Below are positions 28,758 through 38,723 of a stretch of DNA of 64,000 nucleotides, piece by piece. Under the pieces are notes generated by a model, which was not told the DNA's origin, did no database searches, and saw only the letters and a program-made list of their open reading frames with translations. Position 1 is the first letter of the stretch. Each line of letters starts with the position of its first letter. A program made the position numbers and the translations under genes. This DNA comes from Phycisphaerae bacterium (GTDB lineage Bacteria; Planctomycetota; Phycisphaerae; UBA1845; PWPN01): assembly GCA_018003015.1 (NCBI GenBank), contig JAGNEZ010000001.1, positions 14,808-78,807 of the forward strand. Reading direction: 5' to 3'.

Positions 28758-28823
28758 CAGCGTATACCAACCCGGGGTGCGCTGCGCGACCCCGGGCTGT
28801 GGTCTGGAACCGCGTTGCGGTTC
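28758..28823. other. Pair of GC hairpins in a non-coding, lower-GC patch (dispersed-repeat/sRNA-like)
   Basis: cccgggg-N12-ccccggg (28771-28796) and gaaccgc-gtt-gcggttc (28807-28823). They lie in the 500-bp spacer between two minus-strand genes. Confidence 0.35.
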
Positions 28824-28964
28824 GGTTCGGTTGCCGCACCGGTTGACGATTCCCGGCTCAGCACACGTCTTTGGCTCGCCCATGGCAACAGGGACCGGGA
28901 CGCCACCTCGAGCAAGGGAACACACGCGATGAGCAGAGGGCTTTGAACAAGAGCCTCCCGCTGC

Positions 28965-29306
28965 TCACCTGCCTTTCCCAGCATCAAACAAGGCTCTGCG
29001 AGCTTCCTTAGTGTTCAGAAGCTGGAGACCGCAGGCAGCCCAACCCTGAAGAATCTCATCCTCACTATGCAGGCACTCAATCAACAACGGCAGTGCATCG
29101 GTCTTCTTTTTTGCGTGATCAATCAACTCCAGAAGCCAGTACCGATGCCCCGAATCAGCCTTGCGCCGAAAGGCATGCATCAGCTCGGCGACGTACTCCG
29201 CCGCCCGCGACGATAGCCACTGAAAGCCTTCCTCCTTAACGGATCCACTGCGATGGCGCATCATGCGCAGGCACGCCTCAAAGCCAGGAAAGCGCTTCTT
29301 CGTCAC
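28965..29306 (-). CDS. Small hypothetical protein, HEAT-repeat-like
   Basis: 113-aa ORF (GTG start), helical-repeat-like (LPLLIECLHSEDEILQGWAACGLQLL). Noticeably lower GC than its neighbours. Confidence 0.45.
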   Translation of the reverse strand: MTKKRFPGFEACLRMMRHRSGSVKEEGFQWLSSRAAEYVAELMHAFRRKADSGHRYWLLELIDHAKKKTDALPLLIECLHSEDEILQGWAACGLQLLNTKEARRALFDAGKGR

Positions 29307-29375
29307 GTCGACGCTCCCTTCCCCCGTGCAGGGGACACGGCTGCGAGCGAAGAGCAGTGAATGACCGCCCGCCGC

Positions 29376-30386
29376 TCACTTGCCCCGTATTCCCATCACG
29401 TCCTTCTTAAATACCTTCGTACCGAGGCTCTGGACGTACTGCGTCCAGTCGCTGGCCGGGTCGGGGTCGGCGGCGATCTTGGCCAGGAACATGTGCAGCT
29501 TGGCGTCGAGGTTGTCCAGGTAGTGGATGGCGATGGCCTCGGGGGTGGCGGGGAGCTTGGGGCTGCCGAAATCGTACTGGCCATGGTGCGAGAGGATCAG
29601 GTGCTCGAGGACGTTCTTGACGTCGGCGGGGAACGGCTGGCCGGTCTCGGCCTCGACCTGCTTGACCTTCTCCTCGATCCAGATCACCGCCATGGTGATG
29701 TGCCCGACGAGCTGTCCCTCGTTGGTGTACTTGAAGCTGAGGTTGTAGGTCAGCTCCGCGGTCTTGCCAATGTCGTGCAGGAAGAGGCCGGCCAAGACCA
29801 GGTCGAGGCTGACCTCCGGGTAGCGGGGCACGACCAGCAGGGCCAGTTCGAGCAGGTTGCGGGTGTGTTCGAGCAGGCCGCCGATATAGGCGTGGTGCAT
29901 GGCCATGGCGGCCGGGGCCTTTTGAAATGCCTCCATCAGCTTCTCATCGGTCACGAAGGCCTTGATCAGGTTGAGCAGGTTGCGGTCCTTGATATGGCGG
30001 AGGATCGCCTTGACCCGCTCGAACATGGCCGGGATGTCCTCCTTGGTCTGGGGGATGAAGTCGCTCAGATCGATCGCCGCCGGGTCGGCCGGCTGCATGG
30101 CGTCCACGATGAACTGCAGCGAGCCCTTGTAGTTTTCCACCCGGCCCTTGAATCGGACGAATCCGCCCTCGGGCATCTTCTCGTACATGGCCTCGGTGGC
30201 CTGCCAGACTCGTCCGAGCAACTGCCCGGTCCGGTCGGTCAGCACACAGTGGATATACAGCGAGCCGTTGTTGGTGGTACGCAGGTCCTTGGCGGCGATC
30301 AGGAAGACCTGGTCCTCGACGATTTCGCCGGGGGCCATCTGGTCAATGAAGCGACGCGATTTGGTGCTGAGGGATGCTTTGCTCAT
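29376..30386 (-). CDS. OB-fold + HD-domain 3'-5' exoribonuclease, YhaM-like
   Basis: N-terminal OB fold (NGSLYIHCVLTDRTGQLLGRVWQ). HD motifs HHAYIGGLLEHT, FLHDIGK and LSHHGQYDFGSP. Start trimmed to MSKASLSTK (ATG 30386). The equally long plus-strand mirror ORF is rejected. Confidence 0.8.
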   Translation of the reverse strand: MSKASLSTKSRRFIDQMAPGEIVEDQVFLIAAKDLRTTNNGSLYIHCVLTDRTGQLLGRVWQATEAMYEKMPEGGFVRFKGRVENYKGSLQFIVDAMQPADPAAIDLSDFIPQTKEDIPAMFERVKAILRHIKDRNLLNLIKAFVTDEKLMEAFQKAPAAMAMHHAYIGGLLEHTRNLLELALLVVPRYPEVSLDLVLAGLFLHDIGKTAELTYNLSFKYTNEGQLVGHITMAVIWIEEKVKQVEAETGQPFPADVKNVLEHLILSHHGQYDFGSPKLPATPEAIAIHYLDNLDAKLHMFLAKIAADPDPASDWTQYVQSLGTKVFKKDVMGIRGK

Positions 30387-30541
30387 GCTCGCCAGGATAC
30401 AGCTCGGCATTGTCTGCCGCAACGCCGGAGAAATGAGCAGGAGGAAGGGTGTTCGGACGGTTGGAGTTCGTCGGGCGTCATTTGCCGGCGCTTGCGATGG
30501 AATCATGCCTGCGATTACAACATACACCCGGCGAGGTGACC

Positions 30542-32308
30542 ATGCGCTGGACACGCTTCCTCATTCCGACCACGAAGGAGACGCCGGCCGAGGCGGTGGC
30601 CATATCGCATCAGTTGGCTCTGCGGGCCGGGCTGATTCGATCGGCCGCACCGGGAGCGTTCACGTACCTGCCGCTCGGCTGGCGGGTGCTCCGTCAGATT
30701 GAAGCCATCGCCCGTGAGGGGCTCACCGCCGCGGGAGCGATTGAGCTGCACCCCGCTCTGCTGCAGGCATCCCGGCCATGGGAACAAAGCGGTCGAGCGG
30801 CGGCGTTCGGGGATGCGCTGATGCGCGTCCGGGGCAGTGGCTGGCAGGATGAGGTCGTGCTCGGCGCCGCCTACGACGAGGCCGTTGCCGAGATCGCCAA
30901 GGTCCATCTCAACAGCTACAAGCAGCTGTCCTGCACGCTGTTTCGCGTGGGCACCCGCCTGCGAAATGAGAGCCGCACCGGTGGTGGCCTGCTGCACATC
31001 CGCGAGTTCCACACGCTGGATGCGTACTCGTTCGACGCCGACCAAGCCGGGCTCGACGCGACCTATGCGGGCATGCTGGAACGAGTTGGCGGCATTGTGC
31101 GGCGATGCGGCGTGCCTTACGTCGTGGCCGATGGCGAGCCGGGCGCTGATGGCCGCCCGATGTCCCATCGCTTCATGGTGCCGGCCGAGGCGGGTGACGA
31201 TCTGATCGCGGTGAGCGAGGACGGAACCTACGCCGCGGATCCGGCCTGCGCCCGGCGGGCGGTTGCCCCTCTGCCGACTGAGACAACGGAAGGCGCTTCG
31301 AGCCCGCTGACCGAGGTTCCCACGCCGGGCTGCTCCAGCATTGATGATGTGGCCGCTCTCCTGGAGGTTCCGTCTTCGAAGCTGGTCAAGACGCTCGTGT
31401 ACGCCCTTGCCGACGTCCAGACCGGCAAGCGGAAGGGCTACGTTGTCGCCTGCGTTCGCGGCGACCATGAAGCCAGCGAGGCCAAGCTACGATCATTGCT
31501 GGGCGTCAGCGACCTGACCATGGCCGACGCGGAGGAAGCCCGCCGCAGCGGTTTCGAGATCGGCTTCGTCGGACCACACATCGCCAACCGCGTGGAGTGC
31601 ATCCTGGCCATCGATCCCGACGCCAGGGCGGTCATCGACGGTGTGGCCGGCGCGAACCGCTTCGACCACCACGTCACCGGCTTCCGCTGGCCACGCGATG
31701 TCGCCTCCGAACGGCTGGCCGAGGCGATCGTGGCGGACATCCGGGCTATTGTGCCGGGCGACGCCGCTCCCAACGGCTCGCCGCTGGCCATCCGGCGAGC
31801 ATTCGAAGTTGCCCGCGTGGTCAAGCTCGGTACGCGCCTCACGCAGCCGTTGGAGGCGACGTTCCTCGACGCATCGGGCAAGGCACGCCCGTTCGTTTGC
31901 GGCCGCTACAGCCTCGGCCTGGACCGCCTTCTTGCGGCCATCATCGAGTCTCACTACGATCAGGACGGCATCCGGTTCCCGGTCGGCGTTGCTCCGTTTG
32001 ATGTGCTTATCGTGGCCCTGGACGTCCGCGACGAGCATGTGCTCGCAACGGCCACCAGACTGTACGACGAACTGGCCCGGCACGGCCTCGATGTCCTGCT
32101 CGACGATCGCGACGCCCGCCCGGGTTTCAAGTTCAAAGACGCCGACCTGGTCGGCATCCCGGTGCGGTTGACCGTGGCGGCGAGGGCTCTGGCCGAGGGC
32201 AAGGTGGAATTGAAGATGCGTGGCGGCCAACTCGAGAAGCTGGACCTCGATGCGGCCGTCCAGGAAGTCGCGAACCGGCTGGGTTTGACCCGGGCCTCTG
32301 GCCTGTGA
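30542..32308 (+). CDS. proS: Proline--tRNA ligase (bacterial type with editing insertion)
   Basis: Start trimmed to MRWTRFLIPTTKETPAEA. Motifs AISHQLALRAGLIR, RLRNESRTGGGLLHIREFHTLDAYSF and GRYSLGLDRLLAAIIE. Confidence 0.95.
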   Translation: MRWTRFLIPTTKETPAEAVAISHQLALRAGLIRSAAPGAFTYLPLGWRVLRQIEAIAREGLTAAGAIELHPALLQASRPWEQSGRAAAFGDALMRVRGSGWQDEVVLGAAYDEAVAEIAKVHLNSYKQLSCTLFRVGTRLRNESRTGGGLLHIREFHTLDAYSFDADQAGLDATYAGMLERVGGIVRRCGVPYVVADGEPGADGRPMSHRFMVPAEAGDDLIAVSEDGTYAADPACARRAVAPLPTETTEGASSPLTEVPTPGCSSIDDVAALLEVPSSKLVKTLVYALADVQTGKRKGYVVACVRGDHEASEAKLRSLLGVSDLTMADAEEARRSGFEIGFVGPHIANRVECILAIDPDARAVIDGVAGANRFDHHVTGFRWPRDVASERLAEAIVADIRAIVPGDAAPNGSPLAIRRAFEVARVVKLGTRLTQPLEATFLDASGKARPFVCGRYSLGLDRLLAAIIESHYDQDGIRFPVGVAPFDVLIVALDVRDEHVLATATRLYDELARHGLDVLLDDRDARPGFKFKDADLVGIPVRLTVAARALAEGKVELKMRGGQLEKLDLDAAVQEVANRLGLTRASGL

Positions 32309-32382
32309 ATCTTCAACGTGGCACCGGCGTTCCGCCTGTGCGTGTCGAATGCAAGGGTCCCCGCAAGACAGGAGGTGCTCCC

Positions 32383-34218
32383 ATGCGTAACCGGCAGAAA
32401 TGGCTTTGGATCGTCACAGGCGTCGGCCTGTCCGTTCCCTGGGGGGTAGCTGCCGAACAGAGCTTGAAAGGGGTCAACCTGGCCGGCATGGATGGCTGGG
32501 ACATCGTGTTGGCCGAGGACGCCACTCCCAGCGAACAGTATGCGGCCGAGGAGCTTCAGGCCTTCATGGCCCAGTGTGGCCGCAAGCTCCCGATCGTCAA
32601 GGACGCCAGCCGACCCGACGCGCACGTTTTCGTGGGGGCAGGCAAGGCGATGCAGGCGGCCAAGGTCGGGTTCAGCGTGGAGGGTTACGGCCCCGAGGAT
32701 CTTCGGATTGTCATCCGCGACAACAACATCGCCATCGCCGGCGGACGACCGCGCGGCACGCTATACGGCGTGTACGTCTTCCTGGAGGACTATGTGGGCG
32801 TGCGTTTCCTGACCGCCGACCACACGTACACCCCGCCGATTGGCGAGTGGCGGGTCGTCGGTCCGGTGGACCGCTTCTATCACCCCGAGCTGCGCTTCCG
32901 CTGGAGTTACTATGGCGAGACCAATAGCAACCCGGTCTTCGCCGCCCGGCGCCGCTGCAATACCACCACGGAGGATGCGAAACTCGGCGGCAAGACTGGC
33001 TTTGGGCTGATCTCCCACTCGTTCGGCGCCCAGATTCCCTCCGCCAAGTACGGCAAGGAGCACCCTGAGTACTTCGCCATGATCGACGGCAAGCGGCTCG
33101 TTCCGGCCTCCGGCAATGACTGGGCCGAGACCGAGCCCTGCCTGACCAACCCCGAAGTTCTCAAGATCGTCACTGCAGCGGTCCTGGCGGAACTCAAGGC
33201 CAATCCCAAGCGCGAGAACATCTCCGTCTCGCAGAACGACAATGACAAGTACTGCCGCTGCCCCGGCTGCAAGGCCATTGACGACCGCGAGGGCACACCG
33301 ATGGGCTCGCTGTTGACGTTCGTCAACGCCGTGGCCGACGAGGTTGCCAAGCAGTATCCGAACGTCAAGGTTGGCACGCTGAGCTACTGGTACACCCGCA
33401 AGCCGCCCAAGACGATCAAGCCCCGCCCCAACGTGCAGATCCAGCTCTGCAGCATCGAGTGCTGTGTCATGCACCCCATCACCGACCCGAAGTGCCCCAA
33501 GAACGCCGAGTTCTGCCAGGACATGGACAACTGGGGCAAGATCTGCCCGGACATCTCCGTCTGGAACTACAACACCAACTTCAGCAACTACCTGCTGCCC
33601 TGCCCGAACCTTCGGGTCATAGAGCCCAACATCCGCTATTTCGTCGGCCACTCGGCCAAGGGCATCTTCATGCAGGCCGGCGGAGACGCCCGCGGCGCCG
33701 AGATCTCCGATCTCCGCAACTATCTCATGAGCGGCCTGCTCTGGGATCCCAACAGAAGTGGCCAACAGCTCGTCAACGAGTTCCTCGACCTGCATTACGG
33801 GAAGGCGGCCGAACCGATTCGCGGATTCCTCGCTCTGACCCACAACAACGCCGCGGCCAAGAACCTGCACCGCAACTGCTTCGGCCAGGCCAAGGATTAC
33901 GGCATCGACGAGGCCATCGCCCAGGCCGGCCTGGAGGCCTTCGCCGCGGCCATCAAGCTGGCCGACGACGACACCATCCGAGCCCGCGTCGAGAAAGCCT
34001 CGATCTGCGCCTGGCGGGCGGCTATCGAGCCTTGCTGGTACGCGTCCGAAGGGAAGCTCGACACCGCGCTGGCCGAACGCATGAGGCCGATGGTCAAGAC
34101 CCTGTTCGAGCTGTGCGCCAAGCACGGGGTAACCATGACCAATGAAGGGCGACCCGTCGGCGACACGCTCAAGCATCTCAAGAAGGTCTTTGGAATCCCC
34201 GAGTCGGGTAGCTTCTAG
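32383..34218 (+). CDS. Secreted DUF4838-like putative glycoside hydrolase
   Basis: Start trimmed to MRNRQKWLWIVTGVGLSV (signal), preceded by AGGAGGTG. N-terminal GH20b/GH67N-like region, FLEDYVGVRFL and the Cys cluster YCRCPGCKAID recall DUF4838 proteins. Family assignment is from memory only. Confidence 0.6.
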   Translation: MRNRQKWLWIVTGVGLSVPWGVAAEQSLKGVNLAGMDGWDIVLAEDATPSEQYAAEELQAFMAQCGRKLPIVKDASRPDAHVFVGAGKAMQAAKVGFSVEGYGPEDLRIVIRDNNIAIAGGRPRGTLYGVYVFLEDYVGVRFLTADHTYTPPIGEWRVVGPVDRFYHPELRFRWSYYGETNSNPVFAARRRCNTTTEDAKLGGKTGFGLISHSFGAQIPSAKYGKEHPEYFAMIDGKRLVPASGNDWAETEPCLTNPEVLKIVTAAVLAELKANPKRENISVSQNDNDKYCRCPGCKAIDDREGTPMGSLLTFVNAVADEVAKQYPNVKVGTLSYWYTRKPPKTIKPRPNVQIQLCSIECCVMHPITDPKCPKNAEFCQDMDNWGKICPDISVWNYNTNFSNYLLPCPNLRVIEPNIRYFVGHSAKGIFMQAGGDARGAEISDLRNYLMSGLLWDPNRSGQQLVNEFLDLHYGKAAEPIRGFLALTHNNAAAKNLHRNCFGQAKDYGIDEAIAQAGLEAFAAAIKLADDDTIRARVEKASICAWRAAIEPCWYASEGKLDTALAERMRPMVKTLFELCAKHGVTMTNEGRPVGDTLKHLKKVFGIPESGSF

Positions 34219-34223
34219 GGCCG

Positions 34224-35069
34224 ATGAACGACCGCATGTGCTTCAAGTTAGCCATGGGCCAGATGCTGGTGGAGGGCGGAAGGCCTGAGGCGAACCTCGA
34301 TCGGGCCGAGGGGATGATCGCCCAGGCCGGTCGACAGGATTGTGCGTTTATCGTGCTGCCCGAGTGCCTGGACCTGGGATGGACCCATCCGACGGCCCGC
34401 ACACTGGCCGAGCCGATCCCTGGCCCGCGTGCGGACCGGATTGCCTCGGCCGCCCGTCGAGCCGGTGTGCACGTCGTTGCCGGCCTGACCGAACGGAACG
34501 GTGACCGCGTCTACAACGCCGCTATTCTGATTTCGCCCCAAGGCACGATCCTGGCCAAGCACCGGAAGATCAACGAGTTGACGATCGGACACGACCTCTA
34601 CGCGACCGGCGACATTCTATCCGTTGTCGAGACCAGTTGCGGCGTTGTCGGCATCGATATCTGTGCGGACAACTTCGCCGACTCCCTGGTCTTCGGCCAC
34701 GCCCTGGCCCGCATGGGCGCCCAGGTGATCCTCTCGCCCAGCGCTTGGGCCGTGCCCGCCGACCATGACGAAACGAGCCAGCCGTGTACCATGCTGTGGA
34801 TCGACTCGTATTCCACTTTGACCCGGCTCTATGACCTCACCGTGGTCGGGGTAAGCAATGTCGGATGGATCACCGGTGGACCCTGGCGTGGCCGCCAGTG
34901 CATCGGCTACAGTCTGGCCATGGGCCCCGGCGGCCGGATCATCGCCCGCGGGCCCTACGGCCACGATGCTCAGGCCCTGGTTGTCGCTGAGATCGAGCTC
35001 CAACCACCGATCGGCCGTGGCACGGAAGTGGCCGCCGTGCTCAAGGCCCGAGGCTACAGCGGCCCGTGA
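34224..35069 (+). CDS. Carbon-nitrogen hydrolase (nitrilase superfamily)
   Basis: Glu-Lys-Cys triad context: FIVLPECLDLGW, LAKHRKINEL, VVGIDICADNF. Confidence 0.85.
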   Translation: MNDRMCFKLAMGQMLVEGGRPEANLDRAEGMIAQAGRQDCAFIVLPECLDLGWTHPTARTLAEPIPGPRADRIASAARRAGVHVVAGLTERNGDRVYNAAILISPQGTILAKHRKINELTIGHDLYATGDILSVVETSCGVVGIDICADNFADSLVFGHALARMGAQVILSPSAWAVPADHDETSQPCTMLWIDSYSTLTRLYDLTVVGVSNVGWITGGPWRGRQCIGYSLAMGPGGRIIARGPYGHDAQALVVAEIELQPPIGRGTEVAAVLKARGYSGP

Positions 35070-35258
35070 ACCCGAGCTTCCCCCCGCCGCCGTGCCCCGC
35101 CGATCCCGACCTTGGGCTGAAGGGTCTTGGCACAGGTTCGCCGTGCAGGATAGTCAGTGATTCTGTAATCCGGGTCGTTTCAGTGGTTGTCCCGGTTAGC
35201 CGATTACTGCCTTACCGGAACGACTGCTGGCGACCCGTTCTCGGGCGGTGGCCGAGGG

Positions 35259-35286
35259 TTGACGGTTCGAATGGTTCTGCTAGACT
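35259..35286 (+). promoter_or_regulatory. Candidate promoter of tRNA-Asn
   Basis: TTGACG-N16-TAGACT, about 60 nt upstream of the tRNA 5' end. Confidence 0.4.
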
Positions 35287-35347
35287 GGAGTTACTTGGCG
35301 TGATGGCCAGGATGGATGTGTGTCCAGCGAGCTTTCTGGCGTCCGAT

Positions 35348-35419
35348 TCCCCGATAGCTCAATGGTAGAGCACCCGGCTGTTAACCGGGTTGTTGTAGGT
35401 TCGAGTCCTACTCGGGGAG
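35348..35419 (+). tRNA. tRNA-Asn (anticodon GTT), CCA not encoded
   Basis: Hand-folded cloverleaf. Acceptor TCCCCGA/TCGGGGA, D arm GCTC-AATGGTA-GAGC, anticodon arm CCCGG-CTGTTAA-CCGGG, T arm GTAGG-TTCGAGT-CCTAC, discriminator G. Confidence 0.9.
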
Positions 35420-35898
35420 ATCCTAAATCCTTATTCTCACGTCAGTTGCATGTTCTTGTTGTAGCACCCGAGATGCACTTCAGGCCCTCTTCTCACCTGC
35501 CAAAACAGTAGATACCGTTTTGCGCGGGCTGCAGATCGGGCCATCCTCCCTCCTTCAAAGCGTTGTTCTGAAATGCTTTGCGCGCAAGAAGCCGAACGAA
35601 CAACAACCCGGAAGGGCGCCTGGGTGTCGTTGGTTCGGCTGGACAGCGTGGATCAGCCTCGGCCGGTCCACTCGCCAGATCCCATCATGGCCTCAGGACG
35701 CGAGACGCCCACACGTAAGGCGTGCTCACTGGATTGCACGATCGCGCCCGTGCGTATCGTCTGGCCCATGGTCTCCGTTCGCTGAGCAGGTTCTGCGGTT
35801 ACCACGTTCCCGCCGGTCTTGCCTGCTCGACTGCACACCCGTAAGTTACCAACTGAAGATCGTCCAAGTGCGGTCGCCTCGCAGGGGAGAAGTGTGCG

Positions 35899-38571
35899 AT
35901 GCCGCGATCACAATCCGTCGAACGACAACTGACGCTCAAGGATCGATTGTCACGTCTGACCTACGCACAGGCCTGTCGCCTGCTCGGGGAGGACGGCGCA
36001 CGCATCATCCGCAGCGGAGCCAAGCACGAAATCGATATCGCCCAGCATGTGTACCTTCGCGGGGACCTGTTTCGCCTGAGACTGCCCGAAGCTGTGGTGA
36101 CCATCACGCTGTCGGCGACAGCGCCCAACCGCCTGCAATACAACTGCACGTCATGCAGGACGGTTTGCGAGCACGTCGGGGCGGCGTTCGGCCTCATTCT
36201 CGAGGAGAAGACGGTGTTGGGGCTAGCGGCGCCGCCGGGGGAGCGCACGCCCGTCGAGAGTCTCAGCGAAGAAGAACTTGTCAGGCGGGCGATTGAGGAA
36301 CGCCTGGAACGTGCGCGGGCCGAACGGATGCGAATCCGCCCGGTGGACGGTGATCGCTTGTGGACGGACTACCTGGTCACGAATGTGATGTCCGGCAAAA
36401 CCTACCGCGTGGCCCTGCGCGGCTGGGAGCCCGGCGACTCCTATTGCTCATGCCCCGATTTCCGCATCAATACATTGGGCACGTGTAAACACATCCTGAA
36501 GGTCCACCGATATGCCAAGGCAAAATATCCCGCCAGCGTCCTGAATCGGCGATACCGCCAGAGCGAACTCGCTGTTCACCTGCTGTACGGCAAGGAGACG
36601 GAGCTGCGACTGCTCGTGCCCGAGGCTCTCGATTCTGAAACTGCACGGATCATCCAGCCACTCCGGAATCGAGCCATCGAGCATGTTGGCGACTTGGTGG
36701 GGCGGCTACAAAGACTGGCCGCCCTGGGCCGTGAGGTCACGGTCTATCCTGATGCTGAGGAACTCATCAACCGTCGCCTGTTCGCGGACAGGATCGCTTC
36801 GAAGGTCGCGGAGATTCGGAAGAATCCCAAAGCCCACCCGCTGCGCAAAGAACTGCTGAAGACCGAACTCTTGCCCTATCAAATGGACGGCGTGGCCTTC
36901 GCGGTGGGAGCGGGCCGGTCGATTCTGGCCGACGACATGGGTTTGGGCAAGACGATCCAGGGCATAGGCGTGTCCGAGTTGCTCGCGCGGGAAGCGGAGA
37001 TTTCCAGGGTATTGATCGTCTGCCCGGCCTCCGTGAAAGCGCAATGGCGCAGCGAAATCGAGCGTTTCTCATACCGTGACTGCCAGCTTGTGTTGGGCAG
37101 CGCGCGTGAGCGGGTCCGGCAATATGAGAATCAGTGCTTCTTCACCGTCTGCAACTACGAGCAGGTTCTGCGGGATATCCTGGCCATCGAGCGGGTCCGG
37201 TGGAACCTGATCATTCTGGACGAGGGCCAGCGGATCAAGAACTGGGAGGCGAAGACCAGCCGAGTCATCAAGGGACTCAGATCGCCATTTGCCCTCGTGC
37301 TGTCCGGGACGCCGCTGGAAAACCGGCTTGAGGAGCTCTACTCCGTGGCTCAGTTCGTCGACGATCGCCGCTTGGGGCCCGCCTTCCGTTTCCTCAACCG
37401 CTATCGGATTGCGGACGAGGACGGGAGAGTGCTCGGGTACGGTAATCTTGCGGAGTTGCGGGCGAGGCTCGCCCCGATTCTGCTCCGCCGCACGCGCGCC
37501 TCAGTCATGCAGGAGTTGCCGCCGCGATCGACAGAAATCGTCCGGGTCACCCCCACCGGGGAGCAGCTCGAAATACATGATGGCAGTCTGTACATCGTGA
37601 GGCAAATCGTCAAGAAGGCATACATTAGCGAGATGGATCTGCTGCGGCTGCGCAAGGCACTGCTGGTCTGCCGCATGGCCGCCGACAGCACGACGTTGGT
37701 CAACAAGGAGAAGCCGGGCTATTCGAGCAAGCTGGAGCGTCTTGACGAGCTCCTTGAGCGGCTCCTGGCCGAGCCGGACCGCAAGATGATCGTGTTCTCC
37801 GAGTGGACGGGCATGCTCGACCTCATCCAGCCGCTGCTGTCCAAGCGCGAGGCCCGCTACATCCGGCTCGACGGATCGGTGCCGCAGAAGAAACGGCAGC
37901 AGATCGTGCACACTTTTCAGCGGGAACCGGATTGCCGGGCGATCATCATGACCAACGCCGGGGCCACCGGCCTGAACCTGCAGGCGGCCGACACGGTGAT
38001 CAACGTGGACCTGCCCTGGAACCCCGCCGTGCTGGAGCAGCGCATTGGCCGCGCCCACCGCATGGGCCAGAAGCAGCCGGTGCAGGTCTTTGTCCTGGTA
38101 ACCGAACAGACCATTGAAGAGGGGATGCTGAGGACGTTGAGCCTCAAACACGATCTGGCGCTGGCTGCCTTGGATGTGGACTCCAACGTGGACGCCGTGC
38201 ACTTGGCCAGCAACGCGGAAGACCTCAAACGGCGGCTCGAGGTGCTGTTGGGCCGCAAACCTGACGCGCCGGTGGACGAAAGCGAGAAGGCGAGGAAGTC
38301 GCAGGAAGCAGATCGTTTGGCCAGGCGCGAGAAGATCGCAACGGCCGGAGGTCAGCTTCTGGCCGCCGGTTTCACGCTGCTGGGCGAACTGCTGGGGACA
38401 AAGGGTGCAGCCGAGCCGTCACCAACCGTCACCGAACAAATCAAGAGGCACTTGGCCGACTGCATTGAGCGCGACGAACAAGGCCGTTCGAAGCTGAGCG
38501 TGTTGCTGCCGGACGACTCTCTTCTCGACCGCATCGCCGAAACCCTCTCCCGGTTGGCCAGGGGCACTTGA
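35899..38571 (+). CDS. SWIM zinc-finger + SNF2-family helicase/translocase
   Basis: SWIM CSCPDFRINTLGTCKHILKV. SNF2 motifs DDMGLGKTIQ, ILDEGQRIKN, LSGTPLENRL and QRIGRAHRMGQ. Acidic/basic C-terminal tail. Confidence 0.9.
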   Translation: MPRSQSVERQLTLKDRLSRLTYAQACRLLGEDGARIIRSGAKHEIDIAQHVYLRGDLFRLRLPEAVVTITLSATAPNRLQYNCTSCRTVCEHVGAAFGLILEEKTVLGLAAPPGERTPVESLSEEELVRRAIEERLERARAERMRIRPVDGDRLWTDYLVTNVMSGKTYRVALRGWEPGDSYCSCPDFRINTLGTCKHILKVHRYAKAKYPASVLNRRYRQSELAVHLLYGKETELRLLVPEALDSETARIIQPLRNRAIEHVGDLVGRLQRLAALGREVTVYPDAEELINRRLFADRIASKVAEIRKNPKAHPLRKELLKTELLPYQMDGVAFAVGAGRSILADDMGLGKTIQGIGVSELLAREAEISRVLIVCPASVKAQWRSEIERFSYRDCQLVLGSARERVRQYENQCFFTVCNYEQVLRDILAIERVRWNLIILDEGQRIKNWEAKTSRVIKGLRSPFALVLSGTPLENRLEELYSVAQFVDDRRLGPAFRFLNRYRIADEDGRVLGYGNLAELRARLAPILLRRTRASVMQELPPRSTEIVRVTPTGEQLEIHDGSLYIVRQIVKKAYISEMDLLRLRKALLVCRMAADSTTLVNKEKPGYSSKLERLDELLERLLAEPDRKMIVFSEWTGMLDLIQPLLSKREARYIRLDGSVPQKKRQQIVHTFQREPDCRAIIMTNAGATGLNLQAADTVINVDLPWNPAVLEQRIGRAHRMGQKQPVQVFVLVTEQTIEEGMLRTLSLKHDLALAALDVDSNVDAVHLASNAEDLKRRLEVLLGRKPDAPVDESEKARKSQEADRLARREKIATAGGQLLAAGFTLLGELLGTKGAAEPSPTVTEQIKRHLADCIERDEQGRSKLSVLLPDDSLLDRIAETLSRLARGT

Positions 38572-38723
38572 CCCCAGATCCTCCGCTATTGAGTGCTGAA
38601 AACGACCGGGTTTCGGGAACCGGCCGGCCGTTCCTGCGTCCAAAGGGCGGGACCAACCGAGGTCGGCAACCGATGGCGGGGTCAGCATCGGGAACGCCCG
38701 CTCAGCGGGCAGGAGATCCGGCC

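Noticed and set aside
28758-28767. Shared 10-mer cagcgtatac between the two structured non-coding patches (28758 and 40091).
   Set aside because: A single 10-nt match between two ~300-bp regions is not statistically convincing, and the flanks do not align.
29361-30539. 392-aa plus-strand ORF exactly mirroring the 392-aa minus-strand ORF.
   Set aside because: Only the minus strand encodes OB-fold and HD motifs (HHAYIGGLLEHT, FLHDIGK). The plus-strand product is low-information antisense sequence.
35520-36296. 258-aa plus-strand ORF between the tRNA and the SNF2 gene.
   Set aside because: Arg/Pro/Ser-rich, out of frame with and overlapping the well-supported SNF2 start at 35899, with no motifs.
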